The notes: generated by a model from the sequence alone, not told the origin. A DNA stretch of 64,000 nt from an uncultured Eubacteriaceae bacterium (GCA_903789635.1 CAIFEY010000012.1:138-64137), one strand, 5' to 3'. Positions 21,816-31,052 are shown, numbered from the stretch's first letter. Numbers and translations: made by a program.

Positions 21816-21881
21816 GATTTTCGCGTTATGCCGAATCAGCTGTTCGTTGATCTTCGCGTTATGCCGAATCGGCTGTTCGCG
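21816..21881. repeat. Tandem duplication, 2 x 33 bp
   Basis: gattttcgcgttatgccgaatcagctgttcgtt / gatcttcgcgttatgccgaatcggctgttcgcg. Confidence 0.85.
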
Positions 21882-21963
21882 CGCCTGTAGTTTCGCGGCT
21901 TCACGGCCTGCCGGCAGGGAAGGCTGGTTCCCTGGGCGGCCATGGATTTTGTCGAAAAATCTC

Positions 21964-23559
21964 CTACTTTCCGCTTGCCCCGTAGTTGCTGAGGACGCGG
22001 GCGGACGGATCGTCGACGCGGCAGCCCTCCCACGAGCGGTTCGGCATCCAGTAATCCTGGATCATCTGCGCCTGGCCCGGGTAGTACTTCTCGAAGATCT
22101 CGCGATAGAGCAGGCTCTCCTTGGTGAACGGGCGGCAGTAGGTGTAGCGGGCGCTGCGGCGGCGGAATTCGTCGTCGGTGTAGCACTGCTCGGCGTACTC
22201 CTTCAGGTCGTCTACCATCGAGTGGCCGACGGCGTCGGAGAAGGCGGCCTTCTCACGCCAGAGGATCTCATCCGGAAGAATATGATCCTTCTCAAACGCG
22301 TGGCGAAGGAGGTATTTCCCCATCTCATAGCGGTTCATCTTCATCTCCGGGTCGATGCTGAGCACGTAGCGGACGAACTCGGTGTCGCCGAACGGAACCC
22401 TGGCCTCGAGCGAGTTGACGGAGACGCAGCGGTCGGCGCGAAGGACGTCGTACATGTGGAGCTCGCGGATGCGCTTGACGGATTCCTGCTGGAATTCCGC
22501 GGCGCTCGGGGCGAAGTCGGTGTACTTGTAGCCGAACAGCTCGTCGGAGATCTCGCCGGTCATGAGGACGCGGATATCGGTGGTTTCGTGGATTTTTTTG
22601 CAGCAGAGGTACATGCCGATGCTGGCTCTGATCGTCGTGATGTCCCAGGTGCCGAGGAGCTTGATGACCTCCGGCAGTGCGTCGATGACGTCCTCCCTGG
22701 ACATGTAGAACGCGGTGTGGTCGGCGCCGATGAAGTCGGCGGCCTCCTGCGCGTACTTCAGGTCGATCGGGTCGCTCTCCATGCCGATCGCGAACGTCCG
22801 GATCTTTCTTCCGAGCAGCTTCGCGCTGATCGCGCAGACCAGACTGGAGTCCAGACCGCCGGACAGCAGGAAGCCGAGCGGCGCGTCGGCGTCGAGGCGC
22901 TCCTCGACCGAGTGGATCAGCCTCTCGCGGATCCCTTCGCATACGGTGTCCAGGTCGTCTTTGACGAAGCTGTCCACACGCGTGATGTCCGTGTAGGAGA
23001 AGAATCCACTGTCCTCACCTTCCCCGCTGACGTAGTAGTGTCCCGGCGGGAACGGCCGGATCGTGCGGCAGAGCCCTTCCAGGTTCTTGGCCTCGCTCGC
23101 GAACACGATGCCGCCCATGCGGTCGTAGCCGTAGTAGAGCGGGCGGATGCCGATCGGGTCGCGCGCGGCGATCAGTCTGTCCCGGCGCCCGTCGTAGAGG
23201 ATCAGCGCGAACTCGGAGCCAAGCGCCCCGAACATGTCCGTTCCCATCTCGCTGTAGAGCGGGAGCAGAATCTCGCAGTCGCTCTGGCTGACGAACCGGT
23301 ACCTGCCCTCGAGCTTCTTCTTGAGCTTCCTCCAGCCGTAGATCTCTCCGTTGCAGACGATGGCGTCCTGGCCGAGCGTGAACGGCTGCATGCCGGTCGG
23401 GTCCAGGCCCATGATCGCGAGGCGGTGGAAGCCGAGGTAGCCAGACGGCGTCTCGATGAAGCGCGAGCTGTCCGGTCCTCTGGAAACCGTCCGCTGAAAG
23501 AACGGCTGGATCTCTTCTTTACTGTACGTTTTCTTCTCAAATCCGATAATTGAACACAT
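21964..23559 (-). CDS. asnB: Asparagine synthase (glutamine-hydrolysing)
   Basis: 531 aa. N-terminal nucleophile MCSIIG (Ntn amidotransferase) and the PP-loop SGGLDSS. Confidence 0.95.
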   Translation of the reverse strand: MCSIIGFEKKTYSKEEIQPFFQRTVSRGPDSSRFIETPSGYLGFHRLAIMGLDPTGMQPFTLGQDAIVCNGEIYGWRKLKKKLEGRYRFVSQSDCEILLPLYSEMGTDMFGALGSEFALILYDGRRDRLIAARDPIGIRPLYYGYDRMGGIVFASEAKNLEGLCRTIRPFPPGHYYVSGEGEDSGFFSYTDITRVDSFVKDDLDTVCEGIRERLIHSVEERLDADAPLGFLLSGGLDSSLVCAISAKLLGRKIRTFAIGMESDPIDLKYAQEAADFIGADHTAFYMSREDVIDALPEVIKLLGTWDITTIRASIGMYLCCKKIHETTDIRVLMTGEISDELFGYKYTDFAPSAAEFQQESVKRIRELHMYDVLRADRCVSVNSLEARVPFGDTEFVRYVLSIDPEMKMNRYEMGKYLLRHAFEKDHILPDEILWREKAAFSDAVGHSMVDDLKEYAEQCYTDDEFRRRSARYTYCRPFTKESLLYREIFEKYYPGQAQMIQDYWMPNRSWEGCRVDDPSARVLSNYGASGK

Positions 23560-23571
23560 AAAAATAACACC

Positions 23572-23898
23572 TCCGGAAAATACTGGCAGCTTGTCCTATG
23601 AATATAGGACGAATAGCTGCTATCCGCGGTGCCACCTAAATTACCGTACGCGTTTACGCACGATCCCTTTCTGAGTTCCAACAAACCCGTGTGATGTAAC
23701 GATCACAACTCGTCTCTCTTACTGACCGTCCTTCCACGCCTCCCTTACTGAATCAGGAGGCTCTGGACGGCGTTCTGTTCGAAGCTCCCGAGTGTTCTTC
23801 ACGAGGCGCCTGCGTCAGGAGTTCTCACTGTCCTCCCGTCACTGTAACCGGCCTTCCACGCTACTTTTCTCGATCAACGCCGTGCCATATTTCTTTGT
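23572..23898 (-). promoter_or_regulatory. T-box riboswitch leader of asnB (probable Asn specificity)
   Basis: The minus strand contains AATTTAGGTGGCACCGCGG (T-box core), a stem-I-like ..GATCGAGAAAAGTAGCG.., a candidate specifier GAAGAACAC (AAC = Asn), and a terminator hairpin GCAGCTATTCGTCCTAT-attc-ATAGGACAAGCTGC followed by CAGTATTTT. All of this lies just upstream of the asnB RBS. Confidence 0.8.
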
Positions 23899-23905
23899 TG
23901 TGGAT

Positions 23906-23934
23906 ACTTTACTCTAGAATTTGTGCGTAGTCAA
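23906..23934 (-). promoter_or_regulatory. Candidate promoter of the asnB T-box leader
   Basis: On the minus strand: TTGACT (23934-23929), a 17-nt spacer, then TAAAGT (23911-23906). Confidence 0.55.
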
Positions 23935-24000
23935 TATCTTTTTTGAGATATTTTGTGTATTATTACAAATACAAAGTGATGCGGTAGGATTAGAGTATAG

Positions 24001-24058
24001 TGCGGGCGCGCGGCTGGGACGGGCGTGGGTGCGGGCGCGCGGCGGGGACGGGCGTGGG
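24001..24058. repeat. Tandem duplication, 2 x 29 bp (GC-rich)
   Basis: tgcgggcgcgcggc(t/g)gggacgggcgtggg occurs twice, head to tail. Confidence 0.85.
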
Positions 24059-24097
24059 TGCATCAGTGCGGCGGGCGGGATGTGAGCCGCGGCGGGC

Positions 24098-24170
24098 CGC
24101 CTTTCAGCCCGGGACGGGCTGAGGGGCGGCAGAGTTATGCGGCGCGGGCTCCGGCGCCGAGGCCTGGCAG
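24098..24170. repeat. GC-rich dispersed repeat R3, copy b
   Basis: Same cgcctttcagcccgggacgggctgag...gcggcgcgggctccggcgccgag block as 18861-18935, in the same orientation. Confidence 0.75.
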
Positions 24171-24364
24171 GGTTTGGGGGACGAGGCGCGGGAGCCCGCG
24201 CCGCGATGCGAATGGGCGGTCGCGCGTCCGCCGCCGCGTATTCCCTCTAGAACATCCCCTCCCGAACAGGTATAATAGAGAGGTGCAGGCACTGCCGTAT
24301 AATGCCGCAGCAGGCATTGCTGCAAAGTGCAGCAGATCATGCTGCAAGTGAAGAGGAAAAAAAC

Positions 24365-25339
24365 ATGAATCAGGAATACATTCTCGCCGTCGACCTCGGC
24401 GGCACGTTTATCAAGTTCGGGCTGTTTTCCCCTGCCGGGGAGTGCGTGTACAGCTGGAAGGCCAGGACCGCGCTCGAGAGCAGCGGGGACTTCATCCTGC
24501 TCCAGGCCGCGGAGGAGGCGCGCAGCGCGTTCACGTACTGCGGGCTGCCTCTGGAATCGCTCGGCGGGGTCGGCATCGGCGTCCCGGGCGCGGTCATCGG
24601 CGGCAGAATCGTCAATCGCTGTGTGAACCTGGGCTGGGGCGTCTTTGACCTCCGAAAACAGCTGCAGCAGCAGCTCGCGGATCGGGGCTTTGGGCTCGTG
24701 CACGTGCAGGCGCTCAACGACGCGAACGCGGCCGCACTCGGCGAGTACTACTGCGGCGCGGGCAAAGACTACCGCGACATGGCGCTGATCACGATCGGAA
24801 CGGGCATCGGCTGCGGGATCATCCTGGACGGCCGGCTCCGCGAGGGGGCGTTCGGCGGCGCGGGCGAGATCGGTCACCTGCCGGTCAACCCTGCGGAAAC
24901 GGCCTACTGCGGGTGCGGAAAGCGGGGCTGCCTCGAGCAGTACGCGGCCGCGGGCGGGATCGTCGCCAGGACAAAACAGCAGCTGACCAAGTCAAACACG
25001 CCTTCCCTGCTGCGCCACCTTCCGGATTTGACGGCCAAGGACGTCCTCGACGCCGCCGCTTCCGGCGACCCGTTCGGCCTGGACGCGGCACGCTTCGCCG
25101 GCGAAATGATCGGACGCGCGCTCGCGTGCATCTCCGGCGTCGCCGACCCGCAGGCATTCCTGATCGGCGGCGGCATATCTGAGGCCGGAGACGTCATCCT
25201 GGACCCGATCAAAGAGTCGTTCCGCCGAAACGTCTTCCACACGTCGACCGACGCGGTCATCCGCACCGCCGAGCTGAAGAACGACGCCGGCATCTACGGC
25301 GCCTATCACGCCGTCCGCGTGCATTTAGAAAACGAATAG
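24365..25339 (+). CDS. glcK: ROK family glucokinase
   Basis: ILAVDLGGTFIKFG (ATP-binding N-terminus) and the zinc motif CGCGKRGCLEQY. Start at MNQEY, with GAAGAGGA upstream. Confidence 0.88.
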   Translation: MNQEYILAVDLGGTFIKFGLFSPAGECVYSWKARTALESSGDFILLQAAEEARSAFTYCGLPLESLGGVGIGVPGAVIGGRIVNRCVNLGWGVFDLRKQLQQQLADRGFGLVHVQALNDANAAALGEYYCGAGKDYRDMALITIGTGIGCGIILDGRLREGAFGGAGEIGHLPVNPAETAYCGCGKRGCLEQYAAAGGIVARTKQQLTKSNTPSLLRHLPDLTAKDVLDAAASGDPFGLDAARFAGEMIGRALACISGVADPQAFLIGGGISEAGDVILDPIKESFRRNVFHTSTDAVIRTAELKNDAGIYGAYHAVRVHLENE

Positions 25340-25624
25340 CCGCGCCGGCGCCTGCGCAACGCACAAGCCGGCCGCATGTCAGCCGTCCGCGTCCGAATCC
25401 GCGCGCCACGCGCCGTTCGGAAACGCGGAGCACCCAGGGCGTCCGGCGCCCGCCCGTTCGGCAACATGGAACATCCAGGGACCTGACGGCGGCTGCACGT
25501 TCTGGGGCATTGTAAATCCAAGCCGCGCCGGCGCCCGCCGAAATATGTGAACTATGGGAAATATCGCAAAACCACTGAAAAAAACGCCCGCAGCAGGCGA
25601 GCGTAAGCAAAAGGAGTATACACG

Positions 25625-26206
25625 ATGAAGGATTCTAAGGATATCGAGAATATTCAGGTCGGCGCGAAGCTGAAGGAGCTCCGCGGAAAGAAGAAGCTGA
25701 GCATCGCCGCGCTTTCTGAGGCGTCTCAGGTCAGCACGGGGCTCATCAGCCAGATCGAGCACGATAAGGTCGTCCCTTCCGTGGTCACGCTTTGGCGCCT
25801 CTCCCAGGCACTGGACGCGAGCATCTCCTGCTTCTTTGAGGAGGCCGAGGCCCCGCTCCACTACGTCCTGAAGAAGGGCACCCAGCGCATCCTCCTGACC
25901 GACAAGGGGAACACCGAGTACACCCTCTACACCCCGACCGACCCGCAGCGCCTGATCGACATGTGCAAGGTCGTCATCCAGCCGGGCCAGACCGTCGAGG
26001 AGGACTCCATGTCCTTAGTCACTCACGAGGGCGAGGAGTGCGGCGTCGTGCTCGAGGGCCAGATGACCATCCGCATCCGCGACCAGGAGATCGTCCTGGA
26101 CGAGGGCGACAGCATCACCTTCAAGTCCACCGAGCCGCACAAGTACCTGAACCGCTCCGACCGCCCGTGCGTGTCGATCTGGAACATGACGCCAACGTTT
26201 TTCTAG
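25625..26206 (+). CDS. XRE family transcriptional regulator with C-terminal cupin domain
   Basis: 193 aa. The HTH region VGAKLKELRGKKKLSIAALSEASQVSTGLISQIEHDK, then a cupin-like HEGEECGVVLEGQ...GDSITF..PH. Confidence 0.88.
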   Translation: MKDSKDIENIQVGAKLKELRGKKKLSIAALSEASQVSTGLISQIEHDKVVPSVVTLWRLSQALDASISCFFEEAEAPLHYVLKKGTQRILLTDKGNTEYTLYTPTDPQRLIDMCKVVIQPGQTVEEDSMSLVTHEGEECGVVLEGQMTIRIRDQEIVLDEGDSITFKSTEPHKYLNRSDRPCVSIWNMTPTFF

Positions 26207-26216
26207 AATATGCACA

Positions 26217-26247
26217 GGGGCTGTGAAAAACGCAGCCCCATTCTTTA
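26217..26247 (+). terminator. Probable terminator of the XRE-cupin gene
   Basis: ggggctg-tgaaaaacg-cagcccc followed by attcttta. The U-tract is weak. Confidence 0.55.
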
Positions 26248-26367
26248 TGAGTGTGGCATGCGGCAAAATGGTCTAACGAGGGCGGATAATAACGGACTTG
26301 AGAAATTGAAGAATTGAAAAGACTGGGAAACGACGGGCGGACGGCTGGATACGCCGAAAAGACGGCG

Positions 26368-26915
26368 GTATACAGTATGCATTGATGACATCTATAGGAA
26401 AAACACTCCAATGGCCAATTAATCCTTCAGTTTTTCAGCAGGAAGATTAATCTTGTATTTTGGTGTAACAGGTTTTCCGAATTTCAGCAATGCATATTTT
26501 CCAGCGCCTTGGTGGAACTTCCTCGCCGTCTGAAAGCGCCAAAAGTAGTCTGACAATTTAAGAGGCTTGAATTTGACACGAAAATGATTCGCAATCAGCC
26601 TTTAAGACATCTACGAATGGCTAACCAGTGTCCGTGGAGGTGAACAAACGCCAAAGTAGAATGCATATTTACACGCAGCGTACAATAACCGATCACCATT
26701 TTGGCCGCTACGGACGATATTTTCCTGGGCAAGCGCAAAGAAGAGACAATTTTCTGTGGTTATGACAAATTCACAACGGCAGTAAATCTATAAGGTCAAT
26801 CGGCGCTAGGAAGCTGTTATGTAATGATACTGAATTTGCGCCATTATGGAATTCGGTAAATTGCGTTCCACCAACATGGAGAAATCTCACTCCTGCAGAA
26901 AAACATACAGTATAC
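26368..26915. repeat. 548-bp AT-rich conserved non-coding module, copy C1 (candidate large structured RNA or defined DNA element)
   Basis: Co-linear with 36463-37010 and of identical length. There are 10-30-nt near-identical blocks (tggtgtaac.g.ttttccgaatttcagcaatgc, ccttggtggaac, agtctgacaatttaag, cggacgatattttcc, ctgttatgtaa, gcgttccacca) separated by variable blocks. It starts with gtatacagtatgc and ends with catacagtatac. No conserved ORF. Confidence 0.85.
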
Positions 26916-26930
26916 AAAGGTGATTTTTTA

Positions 26931-27100
26931 CCATTTTCATCTCAGCTTCAATTTTCACTGCCAATTTCGTCCCAGCGTCAACTGTCGCCGCCATTTCACT
27001 GTCAATTTCGTCTCAGCGTCAATTTTCGTCGCCAGTTCCCCGCCATTTCACTGCTGATTTCATCCCGGCTTCAATTTTTGTCGCCAGTTCCCCGCCAATC
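26931..27100. repeat. Degenerate tandem repeat, about 3 x 52 bp
   Basis: ccatttcactg(t/c)..atttc.tc.c.gc.tcaattt..gtcgccagttccccg is repeated. The sub-period AAATTGAC..TGA is seen on the minus strand. Confidence 0.8.
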
Positions 27101-27333
27101 CGAAAACACTTCTCCGCCCTCGTCTCGTCTATGATCCGCCTGCGCCGCCTTTTCCCTTCTCTTCCCCTTACTATATCGGGTATCGGGCATATCGGGCGTT
27201 GAAAAAAACGAAGGAATTGGACAGACGCGTCAGCGTAGTCCAATCCCTTCGTTTTCTATTCTCTATAACCACGGAACTCGGCCGCCGCCGGAGGACCGCG
27301 GTCCGCCCATACTTTGACGCGCAGCCCCGCGCA

Positions 27334-28296
27334 TTAATATCCGCGCGTGCGGTCGACTACGTTGTGCATCTTCTCGCCTGCCGCGTAGCGCTTGAGGTTG
27401 TCGCAGAACAGCTCGATGCAGCGGTAGGTGGTGTACCCCAGGGTCATGTTGCCCGAGACGTGCGGGGTCAGGATGCAGTTTTTGGCGTCCCAGAGCGGGT
27501 CGTCCTTCGGGAGCGGCTCCGGCGTCATGACGTCCAGGGCGGCGCCGGCGATTTTGCCGGTGTTCAGGGCGTCGATCAGGGCCGGCTGGTCGATCAGGCT
27601 GCCGCGGCCGACGTTGACCAGGTAGGCGGTCTCAGGCAGCAGTGCGAGCTGCTCGGCGCCGATGAGGCCGCGGGTTTCCGGCGTGTCCGGGACGCAGCAG
27701 ATCAGGATGTCGGTGTCCGGGAGGTATTTGTCGATGTTGGAACTCGTGTCGATGGCGTTGAAGTCGTCGCCGGCAGGGCGGCCGCTGTGGTTGAGTCCGG
27801 TGATTTTTGCCGCACCTAACGCGTGCATGCGCTTGGCCGTCTCCCTGCCGATGTCGCCCGTGCCCAGGATCGTCACGCGGCTTCCCTGGATCGAACGGAT
27901 GAGCAGATCGCTCCGCCAGCCGCGGTCCGCCATGACCTGCTCGTACTCCGGCAGTCGCTTCAGCAGCATCAGCGTCACCATCAGGATGTGCTCGGAAATC
28001 GTCACGCCGTACGCGCCCGCGCTGTTCGTCAGCAGCTGGTCAGGGTCCGTCATGACCCCCGGCTTCAGATACGGGTCCACGCCCGCGTTGGTGCTCGCGA
28101 TCCACTTGGCGGCCTTAGCCTCCGGAATCAGCTGTGTGTTGCGGCAAAGCAGAACTTCACAGTCCCCAACCTTCCCTGATGCCTCCTCCGGCGTATCGTA
28201 AAACTCGACCGTGAACCCGCATTCCGCCGCGGTGTCCAGGATCATCTTCTTCTCATCTTCCGTCGCAAAATCCAGTACCCCTACTAATTTCCGCAT
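27334..28296 (-). CDS. D-isomer-specific 2-hydroxyacid dehydrogenase family protein (NAD-binding)
   Basis: 320 aa. Contains ILGTGDIGRETAKR (GxGxxG), NVGRGSLID and LDVMTPEPLPKDDPLW. Substrate not assignable. Confidence 0.85.
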   Translation of the reverse strand: MRKLVGVLDFATEDEKKMILDTAAECGFTVEFYDTPEEASGKVGDCEVLLCRNTQLIPEAKAAKWIASTNAGVDPYLKPGVMTDPDQLLTNSAGAYGVTISEHILMVTLMLLKRLPEYEQVMADRGWRSDLLIRSIQGSRVTILGTGDIGRETAKRMHALGAAKITGLNHSGRPAGDDFNAIDTSSNIDKYLPDTDILICCVPDTPETRGLIGAEQLALLPETAYLVNVGRGSLIDQPALIDALNTGKIAGAALDVMTPEPLPKDDPLWDAKNCILTPHVSGNMTLGYTTYRCIELFCDNLKRYAAGEKMHNVVDRTRGY

Positions 28297-28797
28297 GTTT
28301 TCCTCCTGATTCTCTCACGCTTACAGGAGACCATTCGATGAATCAAATCAATGAACCGAAACGAATCAAATCTGATCCAATCGAATTCAATCTAATCGTA
28401 TCTATGTCTCCCGAGCAATTCTATATCTTGTCTTAAAACAGCTTGACCTTGTCTTAAATCAACCTGTCCTAAAACAGCAGTAACTGTTAACTTATAGCTT
28501 ATATTCCGCGCGTTCGAGTTTACGAAGGTGCACTCACTACGTGAACTCTCATGGCGAAATCTCTGAAATCTCATAGTAAAATCGCCATTTACGCGCGCGC
28601 CTGTTCGTATTATACCATGAACGCGGCTGCTTCATTCACGCCATCCGAATTTTCACCCGGAAGGACCGAAGCAGAATCGAGACGACCGGAGGACGCGGGT
28701 CCAGAGCGTCCGCGGTTACCGTACGAGTTTTCCGTTGCAAAATCACCATTTCCGGGCGCGAAGGTTTTACACATCGCGTTTTCCTTCCACGATTTCG

Positions 28798-29283
28798 TGT
28801 GGAAAACCGTTTCGGTCCGTTCGCGGAAATATGCGCGCACATACGGTCGCATGTTTTCCGCACCGCACCCACATCTAGTTGTCGATTCATCCATACCACC
28901 TAGACCTAGTTGATGAGGAAAGTTATCCACCCCACGTTCGGTAATTTTATGAACGGCTATGCATACACAACGCATATTCTTGCAACTTTTCAGAATAGGA
29001 GTTCTGTAGTTGCGAACAAACCCATGTGGAAATTTTTACAATCCGGCGGGAGATGGTCCGCAATTACGTTCCGTAACTGCGAAAGAGTTCTCCACATCCG
29101 AACATAATTTTGTCACTCGAACAGGAAGCATTTATGCACATGCTGAAAATTGTGGATAACTTCCTATTGACAAGCCGTTTTCCCCGTCAGTACTGTTGAA
29201 ATTACAATGTCTCACCGGATCATCAATTTCCACATACCCCTGTTCAGGAGATTGTATACGATTTTAATTATCCATGTGGAAAA
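28798..29283. other. Cluster of DnaA-box-like 9-mers in an AT-rich non-coding tract
   Basis: One perfect TGTGGATAA (29151-29159). One-mismatch boxes at 28798-28806 (TGTGGAAAA), 28923-28931 (TTATCCACC), 29088-29096 (TTCTCCACA) and 29275-29283 (TGTGGAAAA). Two-mismatch boxes at 29025-29033, 29226-29234 and 29268-29276. Confidence 0.6.
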
Positions 29284-29761
29284 GGCGCTCGACCGCCTAA
29301 ATCAAGGCGTTCCGGTGATGTTGAAAAAAAGACGGGAATCGCGAACGGAGGTTTCCCTCCGCCCGGTTCCCGTACAATTATTTTTCCAACACTTGATTTT
29401 TTTCCATCCGCGAAAATGTATAAAATACAATTTTTTGCATAAATGGCGATGTGCAATGGGATATCGGCGCGTGCCGGACCCGCGCGTCATTGCCGACCAG
29501 AAGGACGGCGCGGCGCCCGCGAACAGGCTGACAGGCGCGCGGCATTGCGTCATTGCGGAATTGCCGAACAGCAGGACGCGCGGCGCCGGCGAACCCCGGA
29601 ACGGACCGCTTCGCGTGCTATACCTGACAATCATACTGCGCACGCAGCGCCGGTGGACAACGGCATGGGCCGCTGCGCATGTTAAACCAGACGATCGTAC
29701 CGCATTGAATCCGCATGAACCGCGCCGCGCCAGCCTCCGTCAACCGGCAAGTGAGGCCTCC

Positions 29762-30997
29762 TTAATAGATCAGCCCGTACTTCTCCGAGAGCGGCGCAAG
29801 CACCTTCTCCGGCAGCCCGCCGTCGTACATCGCCCTGCCCTGGTACGCGCGCAGCGCGCCTTCGAGCGCCTCCGCGTCTTCCGTAACGATGCAGAGCGGC
29901 TTTCTGACCGCGTACTGCGCATCGGCGAAGTCGTCGAGCTCGTCCGGCGAATCGATCCGAACGGCGATGACCTGCGCGTCCGAGTCCCCCGCCTCGTCGA
30001 GCGCGGAGGCGAGGTCGGCGTCGCATGGGAGCGGCTCCGGAACGGCGACCGAAGGGTCGAGCGGGAATACCTCCTTCTCGGTCGCGAGCGGGAGCTTTCC
30101 GATGAGCTCGACCGGGTTCAGCGGGGTCTCCTTAAATGCGTTCGCCGCCTCTCTGATCGCCCGAATGTGGTCCGGACCCGTGCCGCAGCAGCCGCCGAAC
30201 AGGCAGACGCCCGCCTTCGCGTACGCGTACTGGACCGCGGCGAACCGTTCCGGCGGGCAGTCGTAATAGGTCCTGCCATCAGCCGTTATTGGCATGCCGG
30301 CGTTGGCCTTTGCCGAGAGGGGCACCTCCGCGTAGCGGTGCAGGCGCTTCATCTGGCGCAGCATGTCCTCCGGGCCGACCGAGCAGTTCATGCCGAACGC
30401 ATCGACGCCCATGCCCTGGAAAATATCGAGGACCGCCGCGATGTCGCTGCCCGTGACCGTGCGCCCCTTCTCGTCGCAGGTGAAGGAGATCAGGACCGGC
30501 CGGTCGCTGACCGCACGCACCGCAAGCAGGGCCGCACGCGCGTCCGCCACCGTCATCATCGTCTCGATGACGTACATGTCCACGCCCGCCTCCTCAAGCG
30601 CCGTCACCTGCTCCAGGTAGATCTCGTATAGGTCCTCGAACCTGGCGTCGCCCATAGGCGCGAGGAATTTACCCGTCGGCGCGATGTCCCCCGCGACCAG
30701 GATGCGCCTGTCCGCCCCGGCCTCCTCGACCGCGCGCCTGGAAAGTTTTACCAGCTTCTGGTTGTACTCGGCCGTCCGGTTGAAGATCCCGTTCTCCTCG
30801 AGCTTCACCCGGTTGGCACCAAAGGTCGGCGCGTAAATCACATCCGAGCCCGCCTCGATGTACCGCTTCTGCAGGTCGATAATCGCCTCCGGATGCTCCT
30901 GCACCCACCTCTCTTCACAGATCGATCCGTCGTAGCCGCACTTCTGCAGCTCCGTCCCCGTCGCCCCGTCTAAAATCAAAGGGAAATATAGTTCCAT
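29762..30997 (-). CDS. Homocysteine S-methyltransferase domain protein (zinc/thiol methyltransferase, MetH N-terminal-domain-like)
   Basis: 411 aa. Contains LILDGATGTELQ and the zinc-ligand cysteines in MNCSVGP and FGGCCGTGPDHI. An extra C-terminal region of about 110 aa is present. Confidence 0.85.
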   Translation of the reverse strand: MELYFPLILDGATGTELQKCGYDGSICEERWVQEHPEAIIDLQKRYIEAGSDVIYAPTFGANRVKLEENGIFNRTAEYNQKLVKLSRRAVEEAGADRRILVAGDIAPTGKFLAPMGDARFEDLYEIYLEQVTALEEAGVDMYVIETMMTVADARAALLAVRAVSDRPVLISFTCDEKGRTVTGSDIAAVLDIFQGMGVDAFGMNCSVGPEDMLRQMKRLHRYAEVPLSAKANAGMPITADGRTYYDCPPERFAAVQYAYAKAGVCLFGGCCGTGPDHIRAIREAANAFKETPLNPVELIGKLPLATEKEVFPLDPSVAVPEPLPCDADLASALDEAGDSDAQVIAVRIDSPDELDDFADAQYAVRKPLCIVTEDAEALEGALRAYQGRAMYDGGLPEKVLAPLSEKYGLIY

Positions 30998-31052
30998 ATC
31001 CGTTAATCCTTCTGGTTATCATCATCTTATGCGTTTTATGCGTTGAAACCGG

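Noticed and set aside
28798-29283. Chromosomal replication origin (oriC)
   Set aside because: No dnaA, dnaN or rpmH gene is nearby. Flanking genes do not diverge from this point, and most of the window is co-oriented on the minus strand across it. It is kept only as a secondary DnaA-box cluster or relic-origin hypothesis.
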